A program made the position numbers and the translations under genes. From Candidatus Eiseniibacteriota bacterium (GTDB lineage: Bacteria > Eisenbacteria > RBG-16-71-46): 64,000 nt of DNA. The notes below the pieces were generated by a model. The model made no database searches, had not been told where the DNA came from, and was given only the letters and a program-made list of their open reading frames with translations. The stretch is taken from contig CAVZLN010000004.1 of the NCBI GenBank assembly GCA_963776245.1, forward strand, positions 1-64,000, in the 5' to 3' direction. Of the stretch, positions 42,277 through 54,699 are shown piece by piece (within the stretch, counting starts at the first letter, position 1; each line of letters opens with the position of its first letter).

Positions 42277-42523
42277 GGGCCGGTCCCCGCCTGCAAGCTG
42301 CACGGGCGGGCGGCACGCGACCGTGCAGATTCCGCTTCAGGGAACGCCCCCTCCCTGCCGATGACGTGCGTGGGTCCAGCCTCTCACGCCCCCACCCGTG
42401 CCCGCGGACAAGGCGTTCCGCACGGCATGTTTCGTGCGTGAAGGGCCGCGGCTCATCGCGTGCGCACGCCCGGGCCCCGCCTCGCGCGGGGTCCTACGCC
42501 AGGTCATCCACCGACGGGACGAC

Positions 42524-44219
<1,696 letters not shown>

Positions 44220-44266
44220 GCCCGACCACCGGGCGGCGACCGCCGCCCACACCGGAGGACGCGCAC

Positions 44267-45344
44267 GTGGTGACGCTGACGACAGCTGCTCGAGGACATG
44301 GTGCAGAGGAAGGCGTCCGATCTGCACATCACGGCCGGCGTGCCGCCGGAGTTCCGCATCGACGGGTCGATCACGCCGAGCGAGTACGACGTGCTGACGC
44401 CCGAGATGACCACGCAGCTCGCCTACAGCGTGCTGTCCGACGAGCAGCGCAAGCGCTTCGAGACCACCAAGGAGCTGGACTTCTCGTTCGGCGTGAAGGG
44501 CCTGTCGCGCTTCCGCGCCAACGTCTTCCTGCAGCGCGGCGTGATCTCGATGGCGATCCGCCAGATCCCGTACGAGATCCTGCCGATGGAGAAGCTCGGC
44601 CTGCCGCCGGTGGTGCGCGAGTTCACCAACCGCCAGAAGGGCCTGGTGCTGGTCACCGGGCCGACCGGCAGCGGCAAGTCGACCACGCTCGCGGCGATGA
44701 TCGACCACATCAACGCGAACCGCCAGTGCCACATCATGACGATCGAGGACCCGATCGAGTACATCCACCACCACAAGAAGTGCATCGTCAACCAGCGCGA
44801 GGTCGGCGCCGACACGGCGTCGTTCCCGGCCGCGCTCAAGTACGTGCTGCGCCAGGACCCCGACGTGATCCTGATCGGCGAGATGCGCGACCTCGAGACC
44901 ATCGAGGCCGCGCTCACCATCGCCGAGACGGGCCACCTGGTGTTCGCGACCCTGCACACCAACTCGACGTACGAGGCGGTCAACCGCATCGTCGACGTCT
45001 TCCCGGCCGACCAGCAGCAGCAGATCCACACGCAGCTGGCGTTCGTGCTCGAAGGCGTGGTCACGCAGCAGCTCATCCCGCGCAGCCGTGGCACCGGCCG
45101 CGTGATGTGCGCGGAGGTGCTGGTCTGCACGCCGGCGATCAAGGCGGTCATCCGCGAGGACAAGATCCACCAGATCTACAGCCTCATGCAGGCCGGGCAG
45201 AAGTTCGGCATGCAGACGATGAACCAGGCGCTCATGCAGGCGGTGCTGGACAAGCAGCTCTCGCTCGAGGATGCGCTCGAACGGTCGCCCGACCGCGCCG
45301 AGCTCGAAGGCATGCTCGGCAAGGTCCTCCGGACCGCCGCGTAG
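44267..45344 (+). CDS. pilT: Type IV pilus retraction ATPase (5' frameshift near 44279; intact ORF from 44298)
   Basis: ASDLHITAG, GPTGSGKSTT, TIEDPIEY, LRQDPDVILIGEMRD, AVIREDKIHQ, GMQTM. Confidence 0.95.
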
Positions 45345-45355
45345 GAGATCACATC

Positions 45356-46578
45356 ATGGCCGATCTATGTGTGGAAGGGACGTACGCTCGCGGGCGAGGC
45401 CCAGACGGGCGAGATCGAGGTCGGGCGCCAGGAGGAGGCGCTCGACACCCTGCGCAAGCGGAAGATCCTCGTCACCTCGCTGCGGGCGAAGTCGGCGGGC
45501 TTCACCCTGCCGAAGTTCGGCGGCTCGGGGGTCAGCACCAAGGACCTCGCCATCTTCACGCGCCAGTTCGCGACCATGATCACGGCCGGTCTGCCGCTGG
45601 TGCAGTGCCTCGACATCCTCGCCAAGCAGTCGAGCAAGCCGTCGTTCGGGCGGGTGATCGGCGAGGTGACGCGCGACGTCGAGGCCGGCTCCACGCTGTC
45701 CGACGCGCTCGGCAAGCACCGCGACGTGTTCGACGACCTGTTCCGCAACATGGTGGCCGCCGGCGAGGCGGGCGGCGTGCTGGACGAGATCCTGATGCGG
45801 CTGGCGACCTACATCGAGAAGGCCGACGCGCTGAAGCGCAAGGTCCAGAGCGCGATGATGTACCCGGTCGTCGTGCTGACGGTGGCCCTGGGCGCCACCG
45901 CGTTCATGCTCATCTTCATCATCCCGACGTTCGCCAAGATGTTCACCGACTTCGGCGGCGAGCTGCCGCTGCCGACCAAGATCGTGCTGGGGATGTCCGG
46001 TCTTGCTGCAGCACTTCTGGTGGGCCGGCCTGCTGGCGGTCGGCGGCGGGCGTGTTCCTGTTCGGGCGCTTCCGCGCGACCGAGAACGGCCATCGCGCGG
46101 TGGACCAGGCGCTCGCTCAAGATGCCGGTGCTCGGCGACGTGCTCCTCAAGGGCGCGGTCGCGCGCTTCACGCGCACGCTCGGCACGCTGATCGCCTCGG
46201 GCGTGCCGATCCTCTCCGGCCTCGAGATCACGGCACGCACCGCCGGCAACAAGGTCATCGCCGAGGCCATCATGACCGCGCGCACCTCGATCCGCGAGGG
46301 CGAGACGGTGTCGGCGCCGCTGAAGCAGTCGGGCGTCTTCCCGCCGATGGTGGTGCAGATGATCTCGGTCGGGCGAGCAGACCGGCGCGCTCGACGAGAT
46401 GCTCACCAAGATCGCGGTGTTCTACGACGCCGAGGTGGACACGGCGGTGGACACGCTCACCTCGATCATCGAGCCGGTCATGATCGTCCTCATGGGCGGC
46501 ATCGTCGGCGGCATGGTGGTCGCGATGTACCTGCCGATGTTCAAGCTCATCAGCGTGGTCGCGGGCGGCAACGGATGA
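45356..46578 (+). CDS. pilC: Type IV pilus platform protein, several frameshifts
   Basis: FTRQFATMITAGLPL, AGEAGGVLD, RFTRTLGTLIASGVPIL; C-terminal GEQTGALDEML...MYLPMFKL lies in another frame. Confidence 0.92.
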
Positions 46579-48263
46579 GTTCCGCGGTCGCCATGCCCTC
46601 CGGGACCGCGAGGTCCGGGCTCGCCGACGCGGCGGTCGATCGCTGGAAGGGCCTCGAGTCCGTCCTGCGCGCTCGCCTCGTGATCGCCTCGCTGGCGCTG
46701 CCGGTCGGGATCCTGCTCCGGCCGGAGGTGCTGGCGAGCGCGTGGTGGGTGCTGGGCGGATCGCTGATCGCCCTCGGGATGGCGTCCGTGCTGTTCGGCC
46801 TGGGCGTCCGCCTGCGCCGCGGCTACGGGGTGCAGGTGTCCCTGCAGATCGCGACCGACCTCGCCCTGGTCACGGCGCTCGCCGTGTTCACGGGCGGACG
46901 CGCCAGCCAGTTCGTGATGTTCTTCGCGCTGGTGGCGATCACCGGCGGCCTGCTGGCGCGCGTCACCGGCGGGTTGCTGGCCGCCGCGGGCGGGTGGGCG
47001 GCCATCCTGGTCCTGCCGTGGCTGGAGGCGCGGGCCGGCGTCGCGACCGATGCCGCGACCTCGACACTGCCCGGTCCGGCCCTGCTGTTCCCCTTCCTCG
47101 GGATGGTCGGGGTCCTCGCGGGCGTGCTCGGGGACCGGGTGCAGCGCACCCGCAACGACCTCGAGCAGACCGCCCGCGAACTGGACCGCGTGCGCCTCGA
47201 CAACGACGCCATCCTGAGGCACCTCACCTCGGGGGTGCTCACCGTGGACGCGCATGGCCGCATCGCGTACATCAATCCGGCCGCCGAGCAGATGCTCGGC
47301 CTGCGCGCCCTCGTGGTGCGGAGCCGCGTGCTCGCCGAGGCGCTGCCGGAGCGGCTGGCGCCGCTGCGCGCGCACATCGAGGACTCGCTGGCGCGGTCGC
47401 GGCCGCGCGCCCGCGCCGAGCTCCAGATGAGCACCGCCGCCGGGCAGCCGCTGCCGGTCGGCATCTCGACCAGCCTGCTGACCCACCACGGGGCGGTCAC
47501 CGGCGTGGTCGCGGTGTTCCAGGACCTCACCGAGGTGCGGGAGATGGAACGGCGCGTGCGCCGCAACGAGACGCTCGCGGAACTGGGCGCGCTCGCGGCC
47601 GGCATCGCGCACGAGCTGCGCAATGGGCTCAAGCCCATCAGCGGCTCGGCGGAGTATCTGCAGCGCGAGCTCCAGCTCAAGGGCGAGGACGCGGTCCTGA
47701 TGGAGCTGATCACCACGGAATGCGGCCGCCTGAACCGGTTCGTGACCGACCTGCTGACCTATTCCCGCGAGCGCGATCTGGTGCTCGAGACCCTCGACCT
47801 CGACGAGATGCTCGCGGAACTGGTGCAGGTGGTGAGCCGGGATCCCCGGCGCGCGGCGGGCGTCACTGTCCGCCTGGTGCCGGGTCAGTCGCCGCGCGCG
47901 ATCCGCGCGGATCGGGAACAGATGAGACAGGTGTGGCTGAACCTCGTCACCAACGCGCTGGAGGCGATGCCCGATCGGGGCACGCTCACGGTGCGGTGGC
48001 GGGAGCGGGGCCAGTCACGCGTGGCGGTGGAATTCGAAGATGAGGGACAAGGTGTCACCGCGGAGGATCTGCCGCGGATCGGACAACCGTTCTTCACGAC
48101 CAAGGAAGGGGGGACCGGCCTGGGTGTGGCGATCGCCCAGCGCATCGTGGAACGCCACGGCGGCACGCTGCAGTACGAGAGCGTGCGCGGGCGCGGCACG
48201 GTCGCGCGGGTGACGCTGGCCAGCGCTGTGCCCGTCGTGGCCGGACTGGCGCCGGCGGCCTAG
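46575..48263 (+). CDS. pilS: Membrane sensor histidine kinase with PAS domain
   Basis: Multiple TM helices, PAS (NPAAEQMLG), H-box IAHELRN, NALEAM, FFTTKEGGTGLG. Located between pilC and pilR. Confidence 0.88.
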   Translation: MSSAVAMPSGTARSGLADAAVDRWKGLESVLRARLVIASLALPVGILLRPEVLASAWWVLGGSLIALGMASVLFGLGVRLRRGYGVQVSLQIATDLALVTALAVFTGGRASQFVMFFALVAITGGLLARVTGGLLAAAGGWAAILVLPWLEARAGVATDAATSTLPGPALLFPFLGMVGVLAGVLGDRVQRTRNDLEQTARELDRVRLDNDAILRHLTSGVLTVDAHGRIAYINPAAEQMLGLRALVVRSRVLAEALPERLAPLRAHIEDSLARSRPRARAELQMSTAAGQPLPVGISTSLLTHHGAVTGVVAVFQDLTEVREMERRVRRNETLAELGALAAGIAHELRNGLKPISGSAEYLQRELQLKGEDAVLMELITTECGRLNRFVTDLLTYSRERDLVLETLDLDEMLAELVQVVSRDPRRAAGVTVRLVPGQSPRAIRADREQMRQVWLNLVTNALEAMPDRGTLTVRWRERGQSRVAVEFEDEGQGVTAEDLPRIGQPFFTTKEGGTGLGVAIAQRIVERHGGTLQYESVRGRGTVARVTLASAVPVVAGLAPAA

Positions 48264-48300
48264 CGGTTCCCCATTGAACCCCCGGAGAGAGGTGGACGAC

Positions 48301-49722
48301 ATGCCCGCGGAACGGATCCTGGTGGTCGACGACGAGCAGAGCATGACGCAGTTCCTGAGCATCGTGCTCCGCAAGGAGGGATACCAGGTGACGGCGGTGA
48401 GCAACGGCCGCGAGGCGCTCGAGCGCGTCAAGGCCGAGCCCTTCGACGTCGTCATCACCGATATCAAGATGCCGGGGATGGACGGCATCCAGCTGCTTCA
48501 GGGCATCAAGAAGCACGACGCCTCGCTGCCGGTGATCATCATGACCGCGTACGCCTCCCAGCAGTCGGCGATCGACGCCGTCAACATGGGCGCGTTCCAG
48601 TACCTCATCAAGAACGCGAAGAACGACGAGATCAAGCTGGTGGTGCGCAACGCGATCGAGATGCGGAAGGTGCGCGCCGAGAACCAGTACCTCAAGCGCG
48701 AGCTCAAGAAGGGTCACGAGGAGAAGATCATCATCGGCTCCTCGGACGAGATGATGCGAGTGTTCAAGATGGTGGAGAAGGTCGCGGACAGCGAGGCCAC
48801 CATCATGATCCAGGGCGAGAGCGGCACCGGCAAGGAGCTGATCGCGCGCGAGGTGCACTACAGCAGCCGCCGCGTCAACGGGCCGTTCGTGAGCATCAAC
48901 TGCGGCGCCATCCCGCGCGACCTGCTCGAGAGCAACCTGTTCGGACACGTGAAGGGCTCGTTCACCGGCGCGGTGCGCGACTCCGCCGGCATGTTCCAGG
49001 TCGCCGAGGGCGGCACGTTCTTCCTCGACGAGGTGGGCGAGATGCCGCTGGCGACCCAGGTGAAGCTGCTGCGGGCGCTGCAGGAGCGGGAGATCATCCC
49101 GGTGGGCGGCACGCAGCCGATCAAGGTCGACTGCCGGCTGGTCGCCGCGACCAACGCCGATCTCGAGCGCGAGGTCGCCGAGGGGCGCTTCCGCGCCGAC
49201 CTGTTCTATCGGCTCAACGTCATCCCGATCAAGCTCCCGCCGCTGCGCCTGCGCCGCGACGACATCCCGCTGCTGGTCGACCACTTCCTCAAGCGTCACG
49301 CCCAGAACCACCCCGGGAAGCAGGTCAACAAGGAAGCGATGGAACTGCTCATGAAGTACGACTGGCCGGGCAACGTGCGCGAGCTCGAGAACGTGATGGA
49401 GCGCGCGCTGATCCTCGACGAGGGCGGCACCATCGGCCCCGACGACCTGCCCGACAAGATCCGCTTCGGCCAGAGCCACCGCGGGAGCCTGGTGATCGAC
49501 TCGCCGACGCTCACCCTCGAGGAACTGGAGAAGGAGTACATCCTCAAGGTGCTGAGCTACACCCGCTGGCAGAAGAAGCGGGCGAGCGAGGTGCTGGGCA
49601 TCAACGCGTCGACGCTCTATCGCAAGCTCATCGCGTACGGCGTGGAGAAGCCGGGCGGGTCGCCGGAGGACGAGCGCGACCTGGCGCCGGGCGCGGACGA
49701 GGGAGCCGCCCGCGCGGCCTGA
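48301..49722 (+). CDS. pilR: Sigma54-dependent response regulator (NtrC family)
   Basis: REC domain (ILVVDDE, DIKMP), GESGTGKE, GSFTGA, WPGNVREL, C-terminal HTH. Confidence 0.9.
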   Translation: MPAERILVVDDEQSMTQFLSIVLRKEGYQVTAVSNGREALERVKAEPFDVVITDIKMPGMDGIQLLQGIKKHDASLPVIIMTAYASQQSAIDAVNMGAFQYLIKNAKNDEIKLVVRNAIEMRKVRAENQYLKRELKKGHEEKIIIGSSDEMMRVFKMVEKVADSEATIMIQGESGTGKELIAREVHYSSRRVNGPFVSINCGAIPRDLLESNLFGHVKGSFTGAVRDSAGMFQVAEGGTFFLDEVGEMPLATQVKLLRALQEREIIPVGGTQPIKVDCRLVAATNADLEREVAEGRFRADLFYRLNVIPIKLPPLRLRRDDIPLLVDHFLKRHAQNHPGKQVNKEAMELLMKYDWPGNVRELENVMERALILDEGGTIGPDDLPDKIRFGQSHRGSLVIDSPTLTLEELEKEYILKVLSYTRWQKKRASEVLGINASTLYRKLIAYGVEKPGGSPEDERDLAPGADEGAARAA

Positions 49723-49726
49723 CGGC

Positions 49727-49768
49727 GTGCGGAACGCATGCCGCGCGTCGCGTGCATGCGTTTCGCAC
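49727..49768. promoter_or_regulatory. Inverted repeat carrying two TGC-N5-GCA boxes (putative PilR enhancer)
   Basis: GTGCGGAACGCATGC ... GCATGCGTTTCGCAC, about 130-170 bp upstream of the pilA sigma54 promoter. Confidence 0.55.
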
Positions 49769-49898
49769 ACGGACGGGGGCGGACGGTTGGAGATTGCCCG
49801 GTCGCCCGAGGTCGGGCGGAGGCGAGCCCCCGCGGGGCCGCGGCCGCAATGGCAACGCGGCGAACGGATTGGAGCAGACAGGAACCGGCCGGCACGAA

Positions 49899-49914
49899 TG
49901 GCACATGGGTTGCT
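49899..49914 (+). promoter_or_regulatory. Sigma54 promoter of pilA
   Basis: TGGCACATGGGTTGCT, a perfect -24/-12 match. Confidence 0.85.
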
Positions 49915-49983
49915 CGATACACGGTTGAGGGTCGGGCGAGAGAGCAGACCCGGGGCAGTCCACCACCAGGAGGAGCGCACGTC

Positions 49984-50418
49984 ATGTTCAAGACCCAGAA
50001 GGGCTTCACCCTGATCGAGCTGATGATCGTGGTCGTGATCATCGGCATCCTCGCCGCGATCGCGATCCCGAACTTCATCGCGATGCAGAGCCGCGCGAAG
50101 GAAGGCAGCACGAAGGCCAACATGCACACGTTCCAGCTCTCGGCTGAGGACTACGGCGTGCAGCATGACGGCACGTACTCGATCACCGAGACCGACGTCG
50201 CGACGCTGCTGCCGTCGGGCGGTCTGAACTTCAAGAACCCGTTCGATCAGACCACCGGCGTCGGCGCCGCGTACGAGTTGCGCGCTGCGATGGGTACGGC
50301 TTGCACGGCGACCCCCGGCATCACGAGCTACGGCACGGACGGCGTGGGCAACGCGTACAACATCAAGGGTTGGGGCAAGGCGGACTCGCTTTCGCTGACC
50401 CTGACGGCCGGTCAGTAA
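49984..50418 (+). CDS. pilA: Major type IVa pilin
   Basis: RBS AGGAGG; MFKTQKG/FTLIELMIVVVIIGILAAIAIPNF; own sigma54 promoter and terminator. Confidence 0.9.
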   Translation: MFKTQKGFTLIELMIVVVIIGILAAIAIPNFIAMQSRAKEGSTKANMHTFQLSAEDYGVQHDGTYSITETDVATLLPSGGLNFKNPFDQTTGVGAAYELRAAMGTACTATPGITSYGTDGVGNAYNIKGWGKADSLSLTLTAGQ

Positions 50419-50436
50419 TCCCACCGGCGGTGGACG

Positions 50437-50466
50437 AGAAGGGGCGGGCGCGAGCCCGCCCCTTCT
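50437..50466 (+). terminator. Terminator hairpin after pilA
   Basis: AGAAGGGGCGGGC-GCGA-GCCCGCCCCTTCT, a perfect 13-bp stem. Confidence 0.75.
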
Positions 50467-50716
50467 GCATTGGGGCGAGGTCCCTGGCGCCCGCGGGTGG
50501 GGCGCCCGGCGGCGCGGGCGAGGAGGGACACGGGACCCGCGACGGCCGCGGACCTTCGCTCCGGGCCATTGCAGCGAGCACCGGACCCGGCACTCTGCAA
50601 TCCACCGCGCGCTCCGGCCCACATCGGACCGGCGGGGCCGGTTCCGGGCAGGCAGCTATCTCGTTGTCGCACAGGGGCGATGGTGCGGGTGGGAGGAACG
50701 CGGCAGGGAACTCCGC

Positions 50717-50732
50717 TGGTACGGGTGTTGCG
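50717..50732 (+). promoter_or_regulatory. Sigma54 promoter of the second pilin
   Basis: TGGTACGGGTGTTGCG (GG-N10-GC), about 33 nt before the ATG. Confidence 0.7.
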
Positions 50733-50764
50733 AAGGACTATCAGGTGAGGGAGGAGGGTCCGCC

Positions 50765-51217
50765 ATGAACAGCTCCAGACCGAATCGAGATTCCCGACTG
50801 GGTTTCACGCTCATCGAGCTGATGATCGTCGTCGTGGTGATCGGGATCCTCGCGGCGTTCGCGATCCCGAACTTCCTCGCGATGCAGCGGCGCGCCCTCG
50901 AGGCCACCGTCAAGTCGAACATGCATCAGATCCAGGTGACGCTGGAGGACTACTCGATCCAGAACGACAGCTTCTATCCGGCCTCGGCGGCCGCCACGCT
51001 GCCCGACGGCCGCACCCTCCGCGACGTCTGCCCGGGCGGTGCCTTCCCGGTCAATCCCTATACGAAGATCGAGAGCGTCGTGCAGTTCAATGCGAACCCC
51101 ACCTCCGGATTCCCGGGCGAGCTCGCGATCAATCCCGCGCAGCCCGGCGAGTACGTGCTCAAGGGGAACGATTCCAAGGGCGACACGCTGCGCCTGGTCC
51201 TGACGACCGGCCAATGA
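50765..51217 (+). CDS. Type IV pilin paralogue 2
   Basis: RLG/FTLIELMIVVVVIGILAAFAIPNF; ends LVLTTGQ. Confidence 0.9.
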   Translation: MNSSRPNRDSRLGFTLIELMIVVVVIGILAAFAIPNFLAMQRRALEATVKSNMHQIQVTLEDYSIQNDSFYPASAAATLPDGRTLRDVCPGGAFPVNPYTKIESVVQFNANPTSGFPGELAINPAQPGEYVLKGNDSKGDTLRLVLTTGQ

Positions 51218-51338
51218 GCCGGCGGGTAGCGGGAGCCGGGGATCCGCAGGGCCGGCGAGGAGCCGTGGTTCCTCTCCCGGGCCCTGGGCCCCTCGGAAGG
51301 CCATTGCGGACGATCGAAAGTCAGGCAAGGAGAACCCG

Positions 51339-51797
<459 letters not shown>

Positions 51798-51819
51798 CCG
51801 GGTCCGCCGCCCCTCGGGG

Positions 51820-51835
51820 CGGCACACGGGTTGCA
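51820..51835 (+). promoter_or_regulatory. Sigma54 promoter upstream of the ABC transporter genes
   Basis: CGGCACACGGGTTGCA, nearly identical to the pilA promoter. Confidence 0.7.
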
Positions 51836-51946
51836 TTCTGCACCCACCGGAACGGCGCCGCGCGGCCCCCGCAGGGGGCCCGCGCGGCCAGGCAACAGGT
51901 TGGCGCGGCCGACATCCCGCCCGCGCAGTTCCGGTCGAGGAGCCCC

Positions 51947-52969
51947 GTGAACGATTTCCAGCCACTCCGGCCAGCCGCTGATCGGCCGAGCGCCGGCTTG
52001 CGTGGTCCGCAGTCCGACCCTGCGGTGTGCATCCGCGGCCTCGCCAAGCACTACCGCAATCCCTGGACGATGCGCGTGGTGCGCGGACTGGAGCCGCTCG
52101 ATCTCGTGGTCCATCGGGGCGAGGTGATGGGTTACCTCGGACCCAATGGGGCGGGGAAGACCACCACGCTCAAGCTCCTGACCGGCCTGCTCAAACCCAC
52201 CGCAGGGCGGGCGTGGCTGTTCGGCGAACCGATCGAGCACGTCCGCAGCCGGAGCCGTCTCGGCTTCCTGCCCGAGCAGCCCTACTTCTACGACTACCTG
52301 AACGGCATCGAGTATCTCGAGTTCGCGGGCCGTCTCTCCGGGCTCGGATCGCGCGAGGCCCGGACCGCCGCGCGGCACTGGCTCGGACGGGTCGGGCTCG
52401 GCGACCGGCCGCGTTTGGGCCTGCGCAAGTACTCGAAGGGCATGCTCCAGCGCCTCGGCCTCGCGGCCGCGCTGGTGCACGCGCCGGCGCTCCTGATCCT
52501 CGACGAGCCGATGAGCGGTCTCGACCCCATCGGCCGGCGCGAGGTGCGCGATCTCATCCTCGAGCAGCGCGAGCGCGGGACCACGGTGCTGTTCTCGTCC
52601 CACATCCTGCCGGACGTGGAGACGCTGTGCGACCGCGCGGCGATCATCGTCGGCGGACGGCTGACGCGCGTCGCCACGGTGGGCGAACTGGTGGGCGACC
52701 GGGCCGCGACGGTCGAGATCACCTGCGAGCGCCTCGGACTGGTCGAGATCCCGGGCAGCCTCCACGGCGCGGTGAGGCGTGCCGAGCGCCCGGACGCCAC
52801 GGTGTTCACGGTCGAGGACGACGCGCGGCTCGACGAGACGCTGCAGTGGCTGCTGCGCGGCCGGGTACGGGTGCGCGCGGTGACCCCGCAGCGCTCCAGC
52901 CTCGAGGAGCTGTTCCTCTCGGACGCGCGCGCGGCCGGCGGCGCGGAGCACGAGCGGAGGATGGCATGA
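51947..52969 (+). CDS. ABC transporter ATP-binding protein (Myxococcus PilH-like)
   Basis: GPNGAGKTT, YSKGMLQR, ILDEPMSGLDP, SSHIL. Confidence 0.9.
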   Translation: MNDFQPLRPAADRPSAGLRGPQSDPAVCIRGLAKHYRNPWTMRVVRGLEPLDLVVHRGEVMGYLGPNGAGKTTTLKLLTGLLKPTAGRAWLFGEPIEHVRSRSRLGFLPEQPYFYDYLNGIEYLEFAGRLSGLGSREARTAARHWLGRVGLGDRPRLGLRKYSKGMLQRLGLAAALVHAPALLILDEPMSGLDPIGRREVRDLILEQRERGTTVLFSSHILPDVETLCDRAAIIVGGRLTRVATVGELVGDRAATVEITCERLGLVEIPGSLHGAVRRAERPDATVFTVEDDARLDETLQWLLRGRVRVRAVTPQRSSLEELFLSDARAAGGAEHERRMA

Positions 52970-53730
52970 TCGCGGCCCTCATCGCGCACAACACGTTCCG
53001 CGAGGCGATGCGGGACCGCGTCCTCGCCGGCGTGACGGTGGCCGGGATCGCGCTGCTGGGGCTGACCCAGCTGGCGAGCCCGCTCGCACTCGGCGAGGGG
53101 ACACGCCTCACCGTGGATCTCGGACTCACGGCCATCTCGGTGCTCGGCCTGCTGGTCGTGCTGCTGGTGGGCACCAGCCTGGTGGCCAAGGAGATCGAAC
53201 GGCGGACCATCTACAACCTGTTGTCGCGCCCGATCGCCCGCCCCATCTACCTCGTGGGCAAGTGGGCCGGGCTCACCGTCGCGCTGTGGACGGTGGCCGT
53301 CGTGCTCGGCCTCGCCCTGTGGGGAGTGCTGGCCTGGCGCGGGCACGCGGCCTACGGCCTCGCGCTCGCGCAGGCGACGTACCTGGCCGCGCTCGAACTG
53401 GCGGTGGTGACCGCGCTGGCCGTGCTGTTCTCGGCGCTCTCCACGCCGGTGCTCTCGGCGCTCTACACGCTCGGGCTGGTCCTCGCGGGACAGTGGTCGT
53501 ACGACCTGCGCGGGCTCGCGGTGAAGTTCCCGACCGCGTTGGGCGCACCGCTGAGCTTCGCCGCCGACCTCCTGCCGAACCTCCCGCTCTTCAACATGCG
53601 GTCGCTGGCCGCGGCCGGCGAGCCCACGACCTTCGCGCACCTCGGCATCGCCACCGCGTACGCGGCGCTCTACGCCGGCTGCGCCCTGGCGCTCGGCGCG
53701 GCGGCGTTCGAGAGCCGCGACTTCAAGTGA
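52966..53730 (+). CDS. ABC transporter permease (Myxococcus PilI-like)
   Basis: IAHNTFREAMRDR, KEIERRTIYNLLSRPI, several TM helices, ends FESRDFK. Confidence 0.85.
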   Translation: MIAALIAHNTFREAMRDRVLAGVTVAGIALLGLTQLASPLALGEGTRLTVDLGLTAISVLGLLVVLLVGTSLVAKEIERRTIYNLLSRPIARPIYLVGKWAGLTVALWTVAVVLGLALWGVLAWRGHAAYGLALAQATYLAALELAVVTALAVLFSALSTPVLSALYTLGLVLAGQWSYDLRGLAVKFPTALGAPLSFAADLLPNLPLFNMRSLAAAGEPTTFAHLGIATAYAALYAGCALALGAAAFESRDFK

Positions 53731-54488
53731 TGACCGCGCACGCCCTGCCCGGGTGGCGTCGCCGCCTGCTGGTGGCCTGGGTGATCGCCGCGACGCTCGG
53801 CGCCGGCGCGAGTGGCCTGGCACGCACCGCGTGGGAGAGGCTCCCGCGCCCCCGTCCGCTCGAGGAGCTGTCGTACTACCCGTCGGGCGAGTTCCTGCGC
53901 CCCGCAGCGCTCGGGCACGCGGAGACGGCGGCCGATCTGGCGTGGCTGCGCGCGGTGCAGTACTACGGCGAGCACCGCGCCACCGACAATCGCTTCACGC
54001 GCATGGGCCACGTGTTCGACATCCTCACCTCGCTCGCCCCGGGCTTCACGCCGGCCTACGTGTTCGGGGGATTCGCCCTCGCCCAGGAGGGCGCCGACTT
54101 CCCGCGTGCCGAGGCGCTCATGCTCAAGGGGATCGAGGCGAACCCGCGCAGCGGGGCGCTCGCGTTCGAGCTCGGCTTCCTCTACTACGTCCGGGCCGGC
54201 GGCCGCGACCTGCGCCGCGCCGCCGAGATGTTCGAGCAGGCCAGCCGGCAGCCCGACGCCCCGCCGCAGTCCGAGCGGTTCGCCGCCTTCGCGCGGCAGC
54301 ACTCCGGGGACCTGGTGGTCGCGTACGAACTGTGGGGGAGCATCAAGCGGGACTCGCCCAACCGGTATCTCCGGGACATCGCCGAGAAGGAGATGGACCG
54401 GATCCGCCGGGCGCTCGCCACCGGGCGACGCGAGTACGCCGTGCACCGTCTCACGACCCCCATCGTCCAGCTGCAGAAGTCCCGCTAG
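53730..54488 (+). CDS. Membrane-anchored TPR-like protein (Myxococcus PilG-like)
   Basis: N-terminal TM; ADLAWLRAVQYYG; LMLKGIEANP..GALAFELGFLYY. Confidence 0.7.
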   Translation: MTAHALPGWRRRLLVAWVIAATLGAGASGLARTAWERLPRPRPLEELSYYPSGEFLRPAALGHAETAADLAWLRAVQYYGEHRATDNRFTRMGHVFDILTSLAPGFTPAYVFGGFALAQEGADFPRAEALMLKGIEANPRSGALAFELGFLYYVRAGGRDLRRAAEMFEQASRQPDAPPQSERFAAFARQHSGDLVVAYELWGSIKRDSPNRYLRDIAEKEMDRIRRALATGRREYAVHRLTTPIVQLQKSR

Positions 54489-54699
54489 GGGCAGGCGTTT
54501 CGCATGCATTCCGCAACGCCCGCGCGCCGAAGTCGATAAAACGCCTCAAGTCCGCTGGTGGAGCGGACGATGCTAGGGACAGCGGGCCGCCAACCGGCCC
54601 AGCGGTCGGGGCTCGCCACAGAGGGCAAGCAACGTCCAGACCCACGGTCCAGCCGCGCGTTCAGGTCCGCGCCGCGGATCGCCAACAGGGAGTGAAGAC

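Noticed and set aside
42311..42327. CGGCACGCGACCGTGCA as a sigma54 promoter for pilB
   Set aside because: GG-to-GC spacing is 11 rather than the required 10.
45369..48263. 964-aa apparent PilC-PilS fusion in the ORF track
   Set aside because: The true PilC C-terminus lies in another frame ending at 46578, and pilS has its own overlapping ATG at 46575. The fusion is a frameshift artefact.
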